Positions 63,282-64,000 of a stretch of DNA of 64,000 bases are shown in pieces. Below the pieces are notes generated by a model. The model was given only the letters and a program-made list of their open reading frames with translations. It ran no database searches and had not been told where the DNA came from. The DNA is taken from assembly GCA_964106915.2 (NCBI GenBank), contig OZ066914.1; one strand, 5' to 3'. The stretch comes from Podarcis gaigeae (lineage: Eukaryota). Made by a program: the position numbers and the translations under genes. Positions within the stretch are counted from its first letter, which is position 1. Every line of letters starts with the position of its first letter.

Positions 63282-64000
63282 TACAATCAAGCAGTGTATA
63301 TATTTTATGAAATGAATGAATAAACTCTCTCTGAATATCAGCCATATATAAAAATGTATGGTTATTAAGATCCACCACCAGACCCATTGCTACTGTGTTT
63401 ACTGGAGTAATAGGGCTCCCGTGCCTTTACAGTTGTTTGGATAAATGGATTTTACTATCATTTCACAGTGCTGCATGAGCAAGGAGGACTGCACTTGCCA
63501 AAAATTCATTCTAAAATGCAACGCGTGAAGGTACAGAAGCCCTGCGCTCCTTTTGCATCTCATCAGCCTAGCGGCATTCCACATCACGAAGGCGATCCAG
63601 GCAAAGCAGTCCGTCTTGCCTAGGCAAGACGGAGGGAATCGGACTAGACAGTTGACTCAGCTTTTTCATGCATTAGCAGCAAGCTCACCAATTACATGTC
63701 CAAGTCTGGTTCTTGGAAGTTCTGATGCTCTTAGTTTTGCACCGTTCAGTCCCTTTTCAAAATCCTGAGCTCTCTCTCTCTAGCTCTTCTCAATCTAATC
63801 ACCTCCCTTGTGCAGTTTATTGATGCATCATTCATGTTACTAAGCATGTGGTTATGTTGCCTAAGGCTTCTCTGTGCCATTTGCATGTGGGTTTTCCCCA
63901 AGTATGTTCTCTTGCACACTGACACTTGCTATCAGGAATGGGCTGCTTTGCTGTGAGACAGAAGCTGACACACACACAGTAGCGGGCCTTAGGGCATAGT

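Noticed and set aside
1-64000. CRISPR array, operon, prophage or other prokaryote-type system
   Set aside because: The window is intron-rich vertebrate DNA explained by four conserved genes and interspersed repeats; no regularly spaced repeat-spacer array was seen.

Overview
Vertebrate nuclear DNA, most likely from a squamate (lacertid-like lizard), judged from Sauria SINEs, L2/CR1 LINE fragments and squamate-type MITEs. It carries the conserved synteny block seen at human 2q35: a CpG-island promoter at the left edge (probably shared with STK36, whose coding exons are not in the window), RNF25 (+, 10 coding exons, 514 aa), BCS1L (-, 7 coding exons, 419 aa), a bidirectional BCS1L/ZNF142 promoter, ZNF142 (+, 8 coding exons, about 2011 aa) and PLCD4 (-, 14 firm coding exons plus a candidate first exon, about 765 aa). 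All exon chains were joined by hand and are in frame. I found no new multi-gene system. The most notable signals are in RNA processing and regulation: an AT-AC (U12) intron in PLCD4; two GC-AG introns at zinc-finger linkers in ZNF142; a frame-symmetric ZNF142 exon that duplicates a 4-finger module; an RFX X-box in the RNF25/STK36 promoter; a cluster of the orphan motif CTCTATGGT; a perfect 24-bp palindrome upstream of PLCD4; and a Tyr-to-Phe change in the PLCD4 active-site motif. Comparisons to human proteins and repeat-family names come from memory, not from a database search.
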